In this document: positions 39,991 to 51,490 of the stretch, one piece after another
How the letters are laid out: every line of letters begins with the position of its first letter
Numbering within the stretch: the stretch's first letter is position 1
NCBI GenBank assembly: GCA_035084275.1
Contig: CM068760.1
Coordinates: forward strand, 1,240,001 to 1,304,000
Origin: Hydrolagus colliei
Taxonomy: Eukaryota
DNA length: 64,000 nucleotides
Direction: 5' to 3'
Position numbers and translations under genes: made by a program
The notes under the pieces: model-generated
What the model was told of the DNA's origin: nothing
Databases searched by the model: none
What the model saw: only the letters and a program-made list of their open reading frames with translations

Positions 39991-41365
39991 GTAAGAATGA
40001 TTGCACTTCCTGTAGACTTCATAAGCTACTCACACTGTCATTGACGTGTCATTCTTAAAATGTTAGAAAAACTGTGATTTTTCTCAACATTATATGACGT
40101 TTCATGTTTAAGGTATTGCATCAATATACAGGCTTATTATTGTCCACTCAACTGATATGTTTTTGGTAAAATGTTTCTCTCCCTTTGGTCAGATGAATGA
40201 GTATACAAGTTCATATTCACCAGGATAGAAGGGACTTTGGGATGGAGTTCCAGAGTGTGGGGGCAGAGAGGCTGAAAGCTGAAAAATAGAGTGTGTTTTG
40301 TAGGTGATTTAACCTGAATATGTAGTTGCTTCTCAATAGGAAGGAACACTTCCTGGATATTAAAATGCTCTTATTAGACAGACACAGGTAAAAGTTTTCA
40401 TCCTATACATCTGTGACGACAGGGAATCCCCCTCTGCTGCCTCTGCTCTTGCCCTTTCTGCTGCCCCTAAGCTGCAGACCATCCAGAATGCCTGTATATC
40501 CTTATATCTTATATAGCAGCGGGAGTAGAGAGAGAAGAAATGCCTGTACCTCAACTGTTAGATCAAGATTTGTTTTGGGTACTGGTAAAGGGAAGGGACT
40601 GTCTGTGTTCTGTGTGTGTCGCTGTCTGTCTGATAAAGTTGTAAGCAGAGGGAAGGCTATTTGACTACTTGTGATGCAATAATACCTATTGTATAACCAC
40701 TGTTTTTCCCTGCTTTGTGTGTGATTGAACATCGGTGAGGTCAGTGGTGGTACTGACGTCCTGTATAATAATAACTTGGGCGTAGAGATGCGGTTATTTC
40801 AAGGTAGTTCAAGTCAATTATGACCAACCAGAATAGGCTGATCTCATCGCACAGACAACAGTGGTGAAGACTGACTGAGCATAACTAAGCACGACATTTA
40901 ATTTAGAAAGCACTGATGGTAGCACTACCGTTTCAGTTTGGTAGCTATGACTACAGCATGGAAGATTGCAGTGTCTGAAAGGAGAAGATTCTGAGAAGCT
41001 GAGGATTGCTTGCTTCATACTGTGGTGGTGACATTGCAGAATGGGCAAACATAATGCAAGTAAAGCTTTGTGAGGACTCCTTTTCAATGAAAGGTACTAT
41101 ATAAGTATACATGATAAGCTAGCAGAGGAATATACAGTCACAGGATGAGTTCTGGAAAAGCAAGATGCCTCTGCTCAAAACTGCAGTCACAACTTACAGA
41201 CTTTTTTCTCCTATAAATCCTAATTTTACAATTTGAAAGTCTTTGATTTTTTTAATACAACATTGGAGCCTCAGTGGAGGTCGGTCTTGTGTTTTCCTGT
41301 GCGACCCTGAAAACCTACAAGTAGAGGTTGGTATTCCTTCTTTTAGAGCAGTTAGTTTTGCTGGA

Positions 41366-41588
41366 TGTCCCTCCATTCCACCATCGGTGGTTGTGCTTTC
41401 AGCCACTTCGCCCCGAAATTCTGGAATACTCTTCCTCTATCCCTCTTTCTTGCCCCTACGTTCCCCATCTACAGGTCGTATTTGAAGACCTTCTTCGACC
41501 GCTCCCTGGCTCGGCGTCATGTTCCTTCACTGTCAAGTGCTGTGGGACACTCCCCTGCCTGAGGGCTGCTATATAAATGCGAGCTGTT
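41366..41588 (+). mobile_element. L2 LINE 3' fragment, same subfamily as 18039-18427
   Basis: HSTIGGCAFSHFAPKFWNTLP...LKTFFD; tail gagggctgctatataaatgc. Confidence 0.8.
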
Positions 41589-42981
41589 ACTATTTGGAGA
41601 TGCACAATGTGAATGGTGCATATACAGATTGGGGGTGGAGAGTATGTCCTCTGTACGTCCTCTGATTTACGTAGCAGTTATGTAGTTGTAGCCTGAATTC
41701 CAGCCTAACTTCTGTATACATGCATGTAACACCTGACAACTCAGTTTTATTACTTGTCAATGTCAGTACCAATATGTTTGCTCAATGATTAAACTTCTAC
41801 TAGTTTATGATGTTGGTATGCAGTACATGGGCAGTTTGGAGCATATGCGCGTGCAAACACCAGGGAGGTGGAAGGTGAACTAGATGGATCTTGGTCTTTT
41901 TTCCTAGCATTTCTTAGGATGTTTTAACTCTTTACCATTATTTGAAATGTTCTGAAAAATTAATAATCTGGTAACTCTTAAGAATTACACACAAAATATG
42001 GGATCATAATAGCATAAGGTTTAAAATGTGTACTTTTAAGTCCACTATAATGGTATTTTGTCAAAATGCATTGTTTTGGGAATTTTGTGGTGGAAAAATA
42101 GTGAATAATCTAAACAATTGGTTTTCCTTCATGATAAACTGTTGTTAAGAATTTCCAAATGTATATCAGTTTGTTTTAAAAAGCTGGCATCTTTTAGAAG
42201 TTCTATTAAATGGTTGAAATGCCCTTTCATTTAGTTAATTGATATTATTTGAAAGTTATTTTGGATTCATGGTTGTGTAGCAGCTTTTCTCTCGGATCAT
42301 GTGAATCAATGGAACTCATTTTGTGCTTAATGCAGAGTCTTCCTAAGTTGAATAGTTTCAGAAAGTGTAGGGTTGATATTATGTAAGAGTTAAAACCCAA
42401 TTTATTATGTCACACATGAAGATCACATCCGATATGCATGTATTAACTAAGACGTTTTGAAAATAGTTTCCTTTGCACTAATGAAATGTAATTGATTCAA
42501 TTTGATTACAATGGTTTAAATCAACATAAACAAGAAGAAAAATGTTAAAATACTTTATGATAGACAAGTTACCAAGTGGGGAACAGAATGATGGTTCTAG
42601 GGTTAACTGGGCGTTTACGCAGAGAGACCAGACCGCCTGTGTGTCTGCTCAAACTAAGTACGACGTCATTGCTGACCTTTGTTGAGGTATCTGTGCAGAC
42701 TGAAGACTTTGATGAATATTTCAAACAGTGAGTTTAGAGAAGAAGGAATGTGGAACAGTAATCAAAGCATATTCACTTTTACAAAATGAATACACATTCC
42801 ATTGGCATTTTCAAAAAGCTGTTGAAACATATTACTGTAATAGGCGCCTTCATTGGAGTGCTAAATGTACTTGAAGAGAGCACTGCCTTTTCGGAAGTGT
42901 TTGTGCAGTACCATTTGCAATATCATAGTTCATCAGAAAATGAGCTTACCCTGCAATCACTTTTCTTTTTCTGTTTTTCAG

Positions 42982-43050
42982 TGGAAGAAATACTGGTTTG
43001 TACTGACTGACCACAGTCTGCGGTACTACAAGGACTCCATAGCTGAGGAT
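42982..43050 (+). CDS. MPRIP: MPRIP-like exon, PH2 (WKKYWFVLTDHSLRYYKDSIAED)
   Basis: tttcag| acceptor, GAT|gtgagt donor, 69 nt. Confidence 0.95.
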
Positions 43051-43574
43051 GTGAGTGCTACACATGCCGTTCCTGTTTTCCTACCTCATCCCCATATTAG
43101 TGTTTGTTGTTGATATTTGGTCTCTTTTCCCTTCTCCTTAATATTGAAAATGACTTGCCATTTTATGATGAAGGGGTGCCATTTTCTGTGAAATTGTAAC
43201 ATTTTGGGGAACCCAGAGTAGGTTATTTGTTCCATCGAGTTCACTCCGCCATTTTCTTAGGCTGTGTTTTGTTTGGTCAGCCGAGTGTTTGAGCTGTGTA
43301 GAAACCTATCACCAAAACTTCAGAGAATATCCAAACCAGACTTGAGAACTCCAGGAAGGACACCTACACATGGAACTCCTGTGACTGGAATGAAAGCCTC
43401 GCTCTCTCCAGGGACACACATTCTTGCTTTTGATCAAATTAAATTCTGCAGATGAACGTGGATTATGGTTGATTTCAATAACTTCTGCTAAAGATCAGAA
43501 ATGTTAATATGTTGGTTGTCCGTATGATGATATTTAAGCAGCCTAATTGGTAACTAGTTGGCTTCTCATTTTAG

Positions 43575-43664
43575 GCATCAGATCTGGATGGTGAGATTGA
43601 CTTGTCTACCTGCTACAATGTAACTGAATATCAGGTGCAGAGAAATTATGGATTCCAAATTCAC
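43575..43664 (+). CDS. MPRIP: MPRIP-like exon, PH2 ([30 protein letters not shown])
   Basis: ttttag| acceptor, CAC|gtaagt donor, 90 nt. Confidence 0.95.
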
Positions 43665-44390
43665 GTAAGTTCATTGGTTCTGAAAACCTACTTCCCTCTT
43701 AAAACTGTACTGGCGTCATGCTCTGCTGCTGTCGGATGTAAAGAGCATTGTTCAAGCGTTCACCAGGGGAGTTGCCATGCAGCATAACTTGCTGTTTACA
43801 GCCCCCATTAATGTTGAAACATTTTTGAAGTCATTCAGGGAAAGCTTCTGTTAATTCTGTATATTGTTTAATACCGTGTACAGTAGGGTCCTGCAGTATG
43901 CAATAGGAACAACAGAATTTAGTCTTGCAGATCAGGGTATGATCTAGTGCAAACGGTCTGAATTTGGTGTTCAGGGCAAACGCTTTTGTTAAGTGCTATT
44001 AACCACTAAGCTAATTACAACTGTACTGACAGTTCTGGTCTCTATTAATAAATCTTTTTCATTTGTTGTGCTGTTCTTCTTGCTGTCTTGAGGTTTTGTG
44101 CAAAAAAAGTGTTTTCTCTAATGCTTTTCGACAAATCTACAGCAAAAAATATGTGTTCATGTCTAGATTTATTTAATTTTTCACATGTTTGTAAGTATTG
44201 TTTTGGGAAATACTAGCACTGCTGGCACTAGTAAGTGTTGGTGACCACGTGCTAAGAACGAATGGGTTAAAAATATACTTGATAACTCTATTGGCAGAGC
44301 TAGCACCAGCATAGGCTTGCTGTGCTAAATGGCCTTCTCTATTCTATGATTTCTATGAGATAATCCAGATAGTTTTCATTCATCTTACAG

Positions 44391-44500
44391 ACGCAGGAAA
44401 CTGTGTATACCCTCTCTGCGATGACTGCTGGTATTCGGCGCAATTGGATTCAGGCGATAATGAAAAATGTCCGCCCTTCAACAGCACCAGATGTTGCCAG
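44391..44500 (+). CDS. MPRIP: MPRIP-like exon, PH2 end ([36 protein letters not shown])
   Basis: ttacag| acceptor, AG|gtgaga donor, 110 nt. Confidence 0.95.
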
Positions 44501-44760
44501 GTGAGAAATCCCCCATAACCCTACCTGGGAAAGTATCAGCTGCTTATTACTAAGAACTGAAGGATGTCAATCATCAGATGGTTGCCATTGCAGACTTGTG
44601 TCATTTTGCCTCAGTTATTTTTTCAGGTTTGGGTGAGAGTAACCTGCCCTGTTTGATTTACTTTTCTTTGCCAATTGGTGACTTCTCTGCAGTGGCAACC
44701 ATCTGATCATAATGTTTAGTTGGTTGAATTTTAGCAATGTTTGACCCTGTTTTATTTCAG

Positions 44761-45328
44761 CAGCTTGCCGGAGGAGCAGTGTGCCGCGATGCCCCCAGAC
44801 ACCAACCTGAAACATGACAGCAAATCTGACTCTCCATCTTCCGAGACGTCATCTGTCGGCAAAGAGACTGGGCAGCGAAGGAGTCGAGCGCGTGACCGAA
44901 GACGCGAAGGTAGATCGAAAACTTTTGACTGGGCAGAATTCAGGCCAATAGCACAAGCCTTGGCACAACAGAGAGCATCAAAATCCGATCTATGTGACAG
45001 CCGTGTGGAAAGTCTCAGCTCACCCCCACCAGAACTGAGTGATTGGGAGCGGACTAAACGGCGGGAGGAACGTAGGAAAAGATACGAAGCGGTGACGGGA
45101 ACTTCAGGTTCAAGCTCATTTGATGGAGGCAGGATGGAATTTGAATCGTCCCTCACCTCGCCACCCCCAGAACGACAGAAGAAAGTACACGATGAAATTG
45201 AGGAACATTGGCAACAGGTGGAGCGGACACCCCTCAGGGAAGAGCGGAGGGTACCGCTGGCCACAGTTACACCACCAGGTTCTCAGACAGTGCAGATTGA
45301 CAAACTCCTGGAAACCCACGCAAAAGAG
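44761..45328 (+). CDS. MPRIP: MPRIP-like exon (SLPEE...RRREGRSKTFDWAEFRPIAQALAQ...VERTPLREE...AKE)
   Basis: tttcag|cag NAGNAG acceptor, GAG|gtaggc donor, 568 nt. Confidence 0.93.
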
Positions 45329-46467
45329 GTAGGCACAGAACAAAATGAGTAATACGCTCAAGTAATAGCATATGTTGTTGACTGTAATGTAGAATATATA
45401 TTCTCTCTTCTCCAGCACTGTTCAGAGAAACCTACATGCATTTGTTTAAAAATTGGCAATTCTCTCACGTACCAATTCCCAAATTGGAATTTAATGCATG
45501 GTTATTTTGGGAGTGAAAAATTGACATCTTTGTGGACTAATGATGACGGGTGTGTTGATTACTGGGATAGCTACTTCCCCGCTTGGCATGCTCCTATGAA
45601 CTTCTCACCCTTCAAGTTGAATGTGTGCGATTAACAAAGTTGTTTGGTTTCAACCATGATTTTTGAGATGTGAATTACAATGTGGCAAAAACAGTATAAA
45701 CTCTTTCATCAAAGAGCGCTGTACAGGTAAAGCACTTCCAAGCTTAACGTATGAATTAATTCAATGCTCCATCATGGGTAAATATTAGACTATTAACATA
45801 ATTGTAGGGCTAGTTATTTTAATATCACATTTACTGGTTATTTGGGATACAAATATTTAATCTTTTGCAAGTATATTCAGATAACAATTTGCAAATATGA
45901 ATATTAAAGTTTATTGTACCTCTCAAACCCATTTAATCAACCAACAATCCATTTGAGGGTAGCAAAGTGCTTTGAGCTGCAAAGCGAGTGTGAATCACAC
46001 TAATTCTCCTTATCTTTGCAGATCAGTGTGCTTCAATATCAAGCTGCTACCAATGTTTGGTGTCTTAAAAGTAAAACAAATTTTCCAGCAAATATATCAG
46101 AAATCATGGGTAAAGATTTTGCATATTGTATTGTGTTTATAAATTCTGAGCAGCTTACTCTTGCTTTGAAAAGATTAAAGTTTAAAAATATAGGTTAATT
46201 ACTGTCTGTTATAAGGAGTCTTGAAATTAATCAGCCATTCATTCCCTCCCACCTGAATATCATACCTAACAACAACAAATTACATGGTATAGCGCTTTTC
46301 ACGTCGGGAGGACGTCCCAAGGCGCCAGGATGAAAATTGTTTTGTAAGTGACATTCTGTCTTCCGATCGATTCAATCAAATCGATCAATTATTCAAGTCT
46401 CAAAACCATTTATCTTCCGAGGAAGATGCAGTAACTCCTGATTGTGTTATAAATTATTTTTATTTAG

Positions 46468-46605
46468 CTTGAAGATTTGAAAACCCAGTTGGAGCACTGC
46501 CAGCAAGAACTGTCAGGCTCGCAGAGGTTCAGGGCAGAGCTTGAAGCCCAACTGAAGTCTGCCATGGAGCGTGAGCAGCAGGTTCGGGCAGGTTATATCT
46601 CACAG
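46468..46605 (+). CDS. MPRIP: MPRIP-like exon, coiled-coil start (LEDLKTQLE...REQQVRAGYISQ)
   Basis: atttag| acceptor, CAG|gtaaga donor, 138 nt. Confidence 0.93.
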
Positions 46606-47586
46606 GTAAGAAAGTTAGAAAGCCCTGTGCGGGCAGCTCACCCTTTACATGTAGAGCAAACTTGCTCCTGTTTGAAACTCTTTGCATGTTTTGTAAACTG
46701 ACAACTTGCCAGAAGTTTTTTTTAAATGCATGGACTGCTGCATGAAAACATGGAGAACTGAACCATTGGTGCTTTTTATGCCATTAATAGCAACCAGCGT
46801 GCAATGAAACCGTGGAGTCTGTAGTTTACGCTTGATGAAACAAACTGGGAGATCAAGATGGGAGTGGGGTGAAGGAGAGCAGTTACATTTAGTCTTATTC
46901 TATATTTTAGGCAGGCATAAGAGGAGAACTTAAGGTATTGTACATGTTGGCTTTAAAAAGTAGTAGTGTTGGAAATGTCTTTGGGGGAGGAAAAGATCAG
47001 CTGGATATCTGATGTGTGGAAACCATTGCCATGACTGACCACAGATGCATGTCCCCTATACAAGGACATTTTCCTAGCACATTCCCTACCTGGAGGGGCA
47101 CACCCTACATACATACCCTGCACACCCTACATACCAATTTCGTGGGGTGGGGAAATAATGTGCGGTTTGGCAAAAGAATAGTTGTTGTGGAACTGCTGGA
47201 ATTTCACTAGCTAAAACATAGTTTTAGGATCAGAACCCAAACTAGCATTGATCTGTTTGTAAATAACTAGCAAATAATGGATGGCTGTTTGTTAAAAGGA
47301 ATTTTCCTTTTGAAAACAATCCCATAAAGCTACATTTTGGGAGTTTTTCTCTTCAGCTTTACTCAGAGTTTTATATCTTTCATTTTCATCACCATTTTTT
47401 CTCCTTACTTTTATCATTTGGGGGGCAGAACATCTTTGTGTTACGTAGTCATAAGAACAGATGTTTTACAGAAAATGTAATGTTCAGCTGGATTATGATG
47501 CTTGTGTTTGTTGTAAGATCTACAACATGGTTTAAGTAACGTAAATGAAATGAATGACATCTAATGTGCAAAGCAATAAATACATT

Positions 47587-47822
47587 GGGGTCTGATTTGC
47601 GACACTTGCAAACAAAATTTTGTAGCATTATTTAGCAAGCGTTAATTAATTGGTTTGCAAACTTCGCAGTTAGGCAATCGGGAAATCCCGTTTGATTTGG
47701 AATTTGCTGGCCATGAATTTCATGTTGCGATTAATAATAATAATTATTATAATTAATATAATATTATTATTAAGCTGCAATTAACTGAAGAAATCTTGTT
47801 TGCATATATCAAAATTAGACCA
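47587..47822. mobile_element. MITE-like element with imperfect ~30-bp terminal inverted repeats
   Basis: gggtctgatttgcgacacttgcaaacaaaattt versus reverse complement of the right end, tggtctaattttgatatatgcaaacaagattt. Confidence 0.55.
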
Positions 47823-48679
47823 TATTTTCCAATATCGGATAGATTAAAGGCTGAACAATAATGAATCCATTAGTTTGAACCCTTTTTATATACATTTTAA
47901 AAGACGAGCACAGGAATGGCGCTCTATAATACAATTTGATCGGCTCATTGATTCTGGAATAGCTATATTATCTATTTCAATCTTTTTGATGTTTGCCTCT
48001 ATGAATTAAATCGAAGTATGTCCTGAGTAGCCTATTCTATTTTTGAATTTTGATGTTGTGGTTGTTAAACACTGAATCAGAATCATGGTCTCTCGGTGAA
48101 AGGCATGTAACACTGATGCAATCGTGGGACAAAAAGTGTAAACATTAGCTGCAATATCACAGAAGTAATGGCAGGGGATTATTGCCCGTGATTTTGATAG
48201 GTCTGAAATTTACAAGCATCACAGGTATGAGTAATTTGAGTTCTTCCTCACAAATGGAATAAACTAAATAGCGCACTGCTGTGTTTACAGTGTTTTTCCC
48301 CATAATTTAGACTAAATATAGACAGTGTTACTGAATTTTCATAACATAGATGAAACATTTACAATTGAACTGTAAGATCTGCTTTCTCACTCATCCATTA
48401 GTATGACTGGAGCTCTGTGTAATGGGTACCTTGACATCTGTTTGGAAAGGCTCAGGTATCAAAGGCTTGGGGATGAAACCTTCACAAAGATTTTAATACT
48501 TTATAAAGTTTTAGTTGCATACAAGTTAAGTGAGTTTTTTTTTAAATCACTTTGCTTGTTGGCTCGTTCTTTTAAGATAAAGAGTTCCAGTTGGTCATTA
48601 TCCTGAACAAGTCATCCAGTTTAACCCAAAACTGGTTAGAATTATACCTTATAAAATACTCGAAAGGTAGTTACCGAAA

Positions 48680-48930
48680 GTTATAATCCTTCGGTGAGGG
48701 AATCCAGAACGGGGGAACATTATCTTAAAATTAGAGGTAGGCCATTTATGAGTGAATCCAGGAAGCATTTCTTCGCACAAAGGATTGTGGAAATCTAAGG
48801 TCAATAGATATTTATTAGGTAAGGTTCTCGAGGTTGGGTAAATGGGGTTGAGGTACAGATCAGTCTTGATCTAATAGAATGGCGGTACAGGCTTGAGGAG
48901 CTGAATGGCCTCCTCTTCCTAGGTTCCTAA
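48680..48930 (+). mobile_element. CR1-type LINE 3' end
   Basis: cttaaaattagaggtaggccattt...ttcttcgcacaaaggattgtggaaatct...gagctgaatggcctcctc, typical of CR1 RT end and 3' UTR. Confidence 0.75.
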
Positions 48931-50956
48931 AGGCCAGTTTGGTATTTATTTAACATTTGGTTGTCCTGATTTCTTGGGAGTCGTTGACCAAAGAAATGTA
49001 GGATTGGTGCCTTGTTGAGTTATCTGTTTACCTGGTTGAATTCTGTACAAAATTGTGCTGACTTCTGGAAAGTTTACAGTGAACCTGTCACGCATGCAGT
49101 TAGATACTCAAGATTTAAGTGCTATTTAAAACTGTTCTGATTGATCTCACTAGTTACCTATTTCAGCACTGCTCCACTTAGTAAAGATTCTTCTGCTTCA
49201 TTTATTCACTTTATCACCCACCGTACAATACGAACTGCATGTTGACAAAAACCTTTCTACCGCTCCACAGTGCACTGCACCAAATTCACCAGCTGCCACA
49301 TGACCACTATGTTTACCTGAACTCTCAGTATGTCCCAGAATATAAAACCAATAGATCATTTTATTTTTCAAAATTACAATAATTTCAGTGGGAGAAAGAA
49401 TAAAAATTTATATTTCTGTCACTCATTGTGCTTCCTCTATAAAGTGCTTTGCTTGAAAGAAATATTACAACTTTCTCCTTGTGATGCAATGTAAGCACAG
49501 GTCCAATTGAAGATAGAGCTGGTGCTCTATCTTGGAAAATGTACTTCAAACACAAACCTTTGAGTTTACCCAAACCAACAATCTTTTCAGTAAGGTTGCA
49601 AATTTTTGTTTTTTCCTCACATGATTTTATGTCCATTAGGATCTGGGTAGTGACTGTCCTGCCTAGTTTTATTCATGGTGTTTGTGACCGACAGAGAGGA
49701 GACTTCTCATCCATCACGAGAGAGGTTTGGATGAAGAATGCCATGGTGCCATTTTGATCTAATCCTTCAGGACACATACTGCCTTCTCATGTTTCTTAAT
49801 CCCGTCCAGTGACCTAACTTTAATCATCTGCCTGGTAACCTGTTTCAATTAATCACCCAAGTTGTAAAGAAATATTTCCTGGTGGCTGACCTAAACACTC
49901 CCTTCAGAAACCCTGAACATGTGCCGTCTTTTCCTAATAGCATATACAGTATTGACCAAGGTTCACCTTAGCGCTTAATACGCTCCAAATATAGTCACCG
50001 GAGAGTATGTGTATTCTATTCCACTTACAGGATACTCCGAAGCATTGTGGTGGGTTTCTGTACATGTGAGACCTGGCTGACCAATTTTTTTTAAAAAAAT
50101 CCAGTCCTCTGAGAGATTTCTTGCATCAGAAGAGTGCTAGTCGATATAAATCTTTTTCTAACTCTTTCTACTTCATGTGGAGTAGCATTGAACACTGGCA
50201 GAGTTTGATGCCAAGCTGGGGAGAAGGGGTAGGTGACTGTAGGGGTATGTGATTCCATATTTTTTTTAAAAAAAAATATGAATTGTTTAAAAGTCTTGAT
50301 TTCATTTTTGATAAGCAATGCCAACTCATTTGAATTATAGATGGAATAAAAAGTTGCTTTTTTTTTTAAAAGCATCAAAAACGTTGAATGTGAAATAATG
50401 TGTAATTATTTTAGCAAAAAACATAAAGAGTAGGTTGTTTTATGGATCTTTAAACATTGGCCAAAAAGGGGTAATCCCTGACAAATGTTCAAAACCCTCA
50501 TAGGGACAAACATTGATCTGTCGTCAAATCATTGATTTTCAAGATTATTCAAACTTATCAACCTGAAATCCAGGGTGTCATTTTTTGATCAACCGCTAAT
50601 AATGTTTCTAATAGTATGAAGTTGTCCATAAATCTTTGGTAAAAAAAAACTGCAGATGTATACCACCTTTCTAGGTGGAATGTGTATACATTTGATGCAT
50701 GTTTTCTGATTCATATCAGAAGTGCTATATGTGTGATTGTCATTGTAGTATATAATATAGAAACTTGTCAGTGCTGGATCATCAGTCATGCACCCTTACC
50801 AAATGCGTTACCTAAATCGCCCATGTTATCCCCTGTCTAGTGTATCATCTAACATTACCCAGGTTTGCTAGATTTTACTAACTGCGGGTTTGGGGATTTT
50901 TCTTTAATTAAAATAGACAATCACAATTTTTTTGACCCAAGTCTGAAGTGTTTGTT

Positions 50957-50962
50957 TTTATT
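50957..50962 (-). terminator. Polyadenylation signal AATAAA of the nested gene
   Basis: TTTATT on + strand, about 26 nt past the TAA stop. Confidence 0.65.
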
Positions 50963-50987
50963 CAATTTCAAATGATACTCTTAATTC

Positions 50988-51278
50988 TTACGTAGCAACG
51001 TGGCATTTAGAGAGTCCTCTCATGGACATTCGATGCTGCTTCAAGGATTCGTTAACACGTCTATTGGTCTTTGCTTTAACATTGGTATCCATATCCTCCT
51101 GAGGCTTAGAGCAGCGTTTACGGGGCACGATCTTCGGTGCTCTCCTCCTATAGATTGAATGGCGAGGTCTACGAATAATCCTCCTTCGATGCCTTACCCG
51201 GCATCTGGTTTTCCTCATCTTTCTCCCATGTCGTTTGCGGACGCGACTGCGTCTGGGTCGATATCTTGCTTTGGTCAT
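50988..51278 (-). CDS. Nested intronless gene: spermatid-specific basic nuclear protein S1-like (protamine/transition-protein-like), 96 aa
   Basis: MTKARYRPRRSRVRKRHGRKMRKTRCR...RRPRHSIYRRR...KTNRRVNESLKQHRMSMR; 27 Arg + 11 Lys of 96 aa; Kozak ACAACCATG; AATAAA at 50962-50957; colinear with my recollection of Scyliorhinus S1 (TKSRYR...MRKTRCR...RRPRH..YRRR...NRRLNESLKQHR). Confidence 0.85.
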   Translation of the reverse strand: MTKARYRPRRSRVRKRHGRKMRKTRCRVRHRRRIIRRPRHSIYRRRAPKIVPRKRCSKPQEDMDTNVKAKTNRRVNESLKQHRMSMRGLSKCHVAT

Positions 51279-51339
51279 GGTTGTTTTGACTGACAACTGT
51301 TTGAGTCCAATCCCACCAATTCGAGATTTGTTAGTGAAC

Positions 51340-51490
51340 ATTAGCCCCCGTCAAGGTCCCCTTTTATTGAGTAGGACCTCCATTGTTGAATGACCTAGGC
51401 TGTTGGTATTGATTATGATGTAACCTGACATATTGAATGACAGCATTAACGGGAAAGGCATTGGCTCCCAAATTTGGTATTGATTATGTT
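51340..51490 (-). promoter_or_regulatory. Putative proximal promoter of the nested S1-like gene
   Basis: Minus strand: TATA-like AATAAAAG (51368-51361), TGACG half-CRE (51353-51349), AGCCAATG CCAAT box (51466-51459), and a 15-bp direct repeat at 51403 and 51474. Confidence 0.5.

Noticed and set aside
40413-40740. 83-aa ORF or possible internal promoter
   Set aside because: No recognisable similarity, GTG start and no convincing in-phase splice into PH2 exons
44752-45264. 170-aa minus-strand ORF (likewise 54416-54814 and 55652-56233)
   Set aside because: Antisense shadows of real coding exons
51279-51341. N-terminal 21-aa extension (MFTNKSRIGG...) of the nested ORF
   Set aside because: This ATG lies only about 20 nt from the TATA-like box; the second ATG has better Kozak context and S1 similarity starts there
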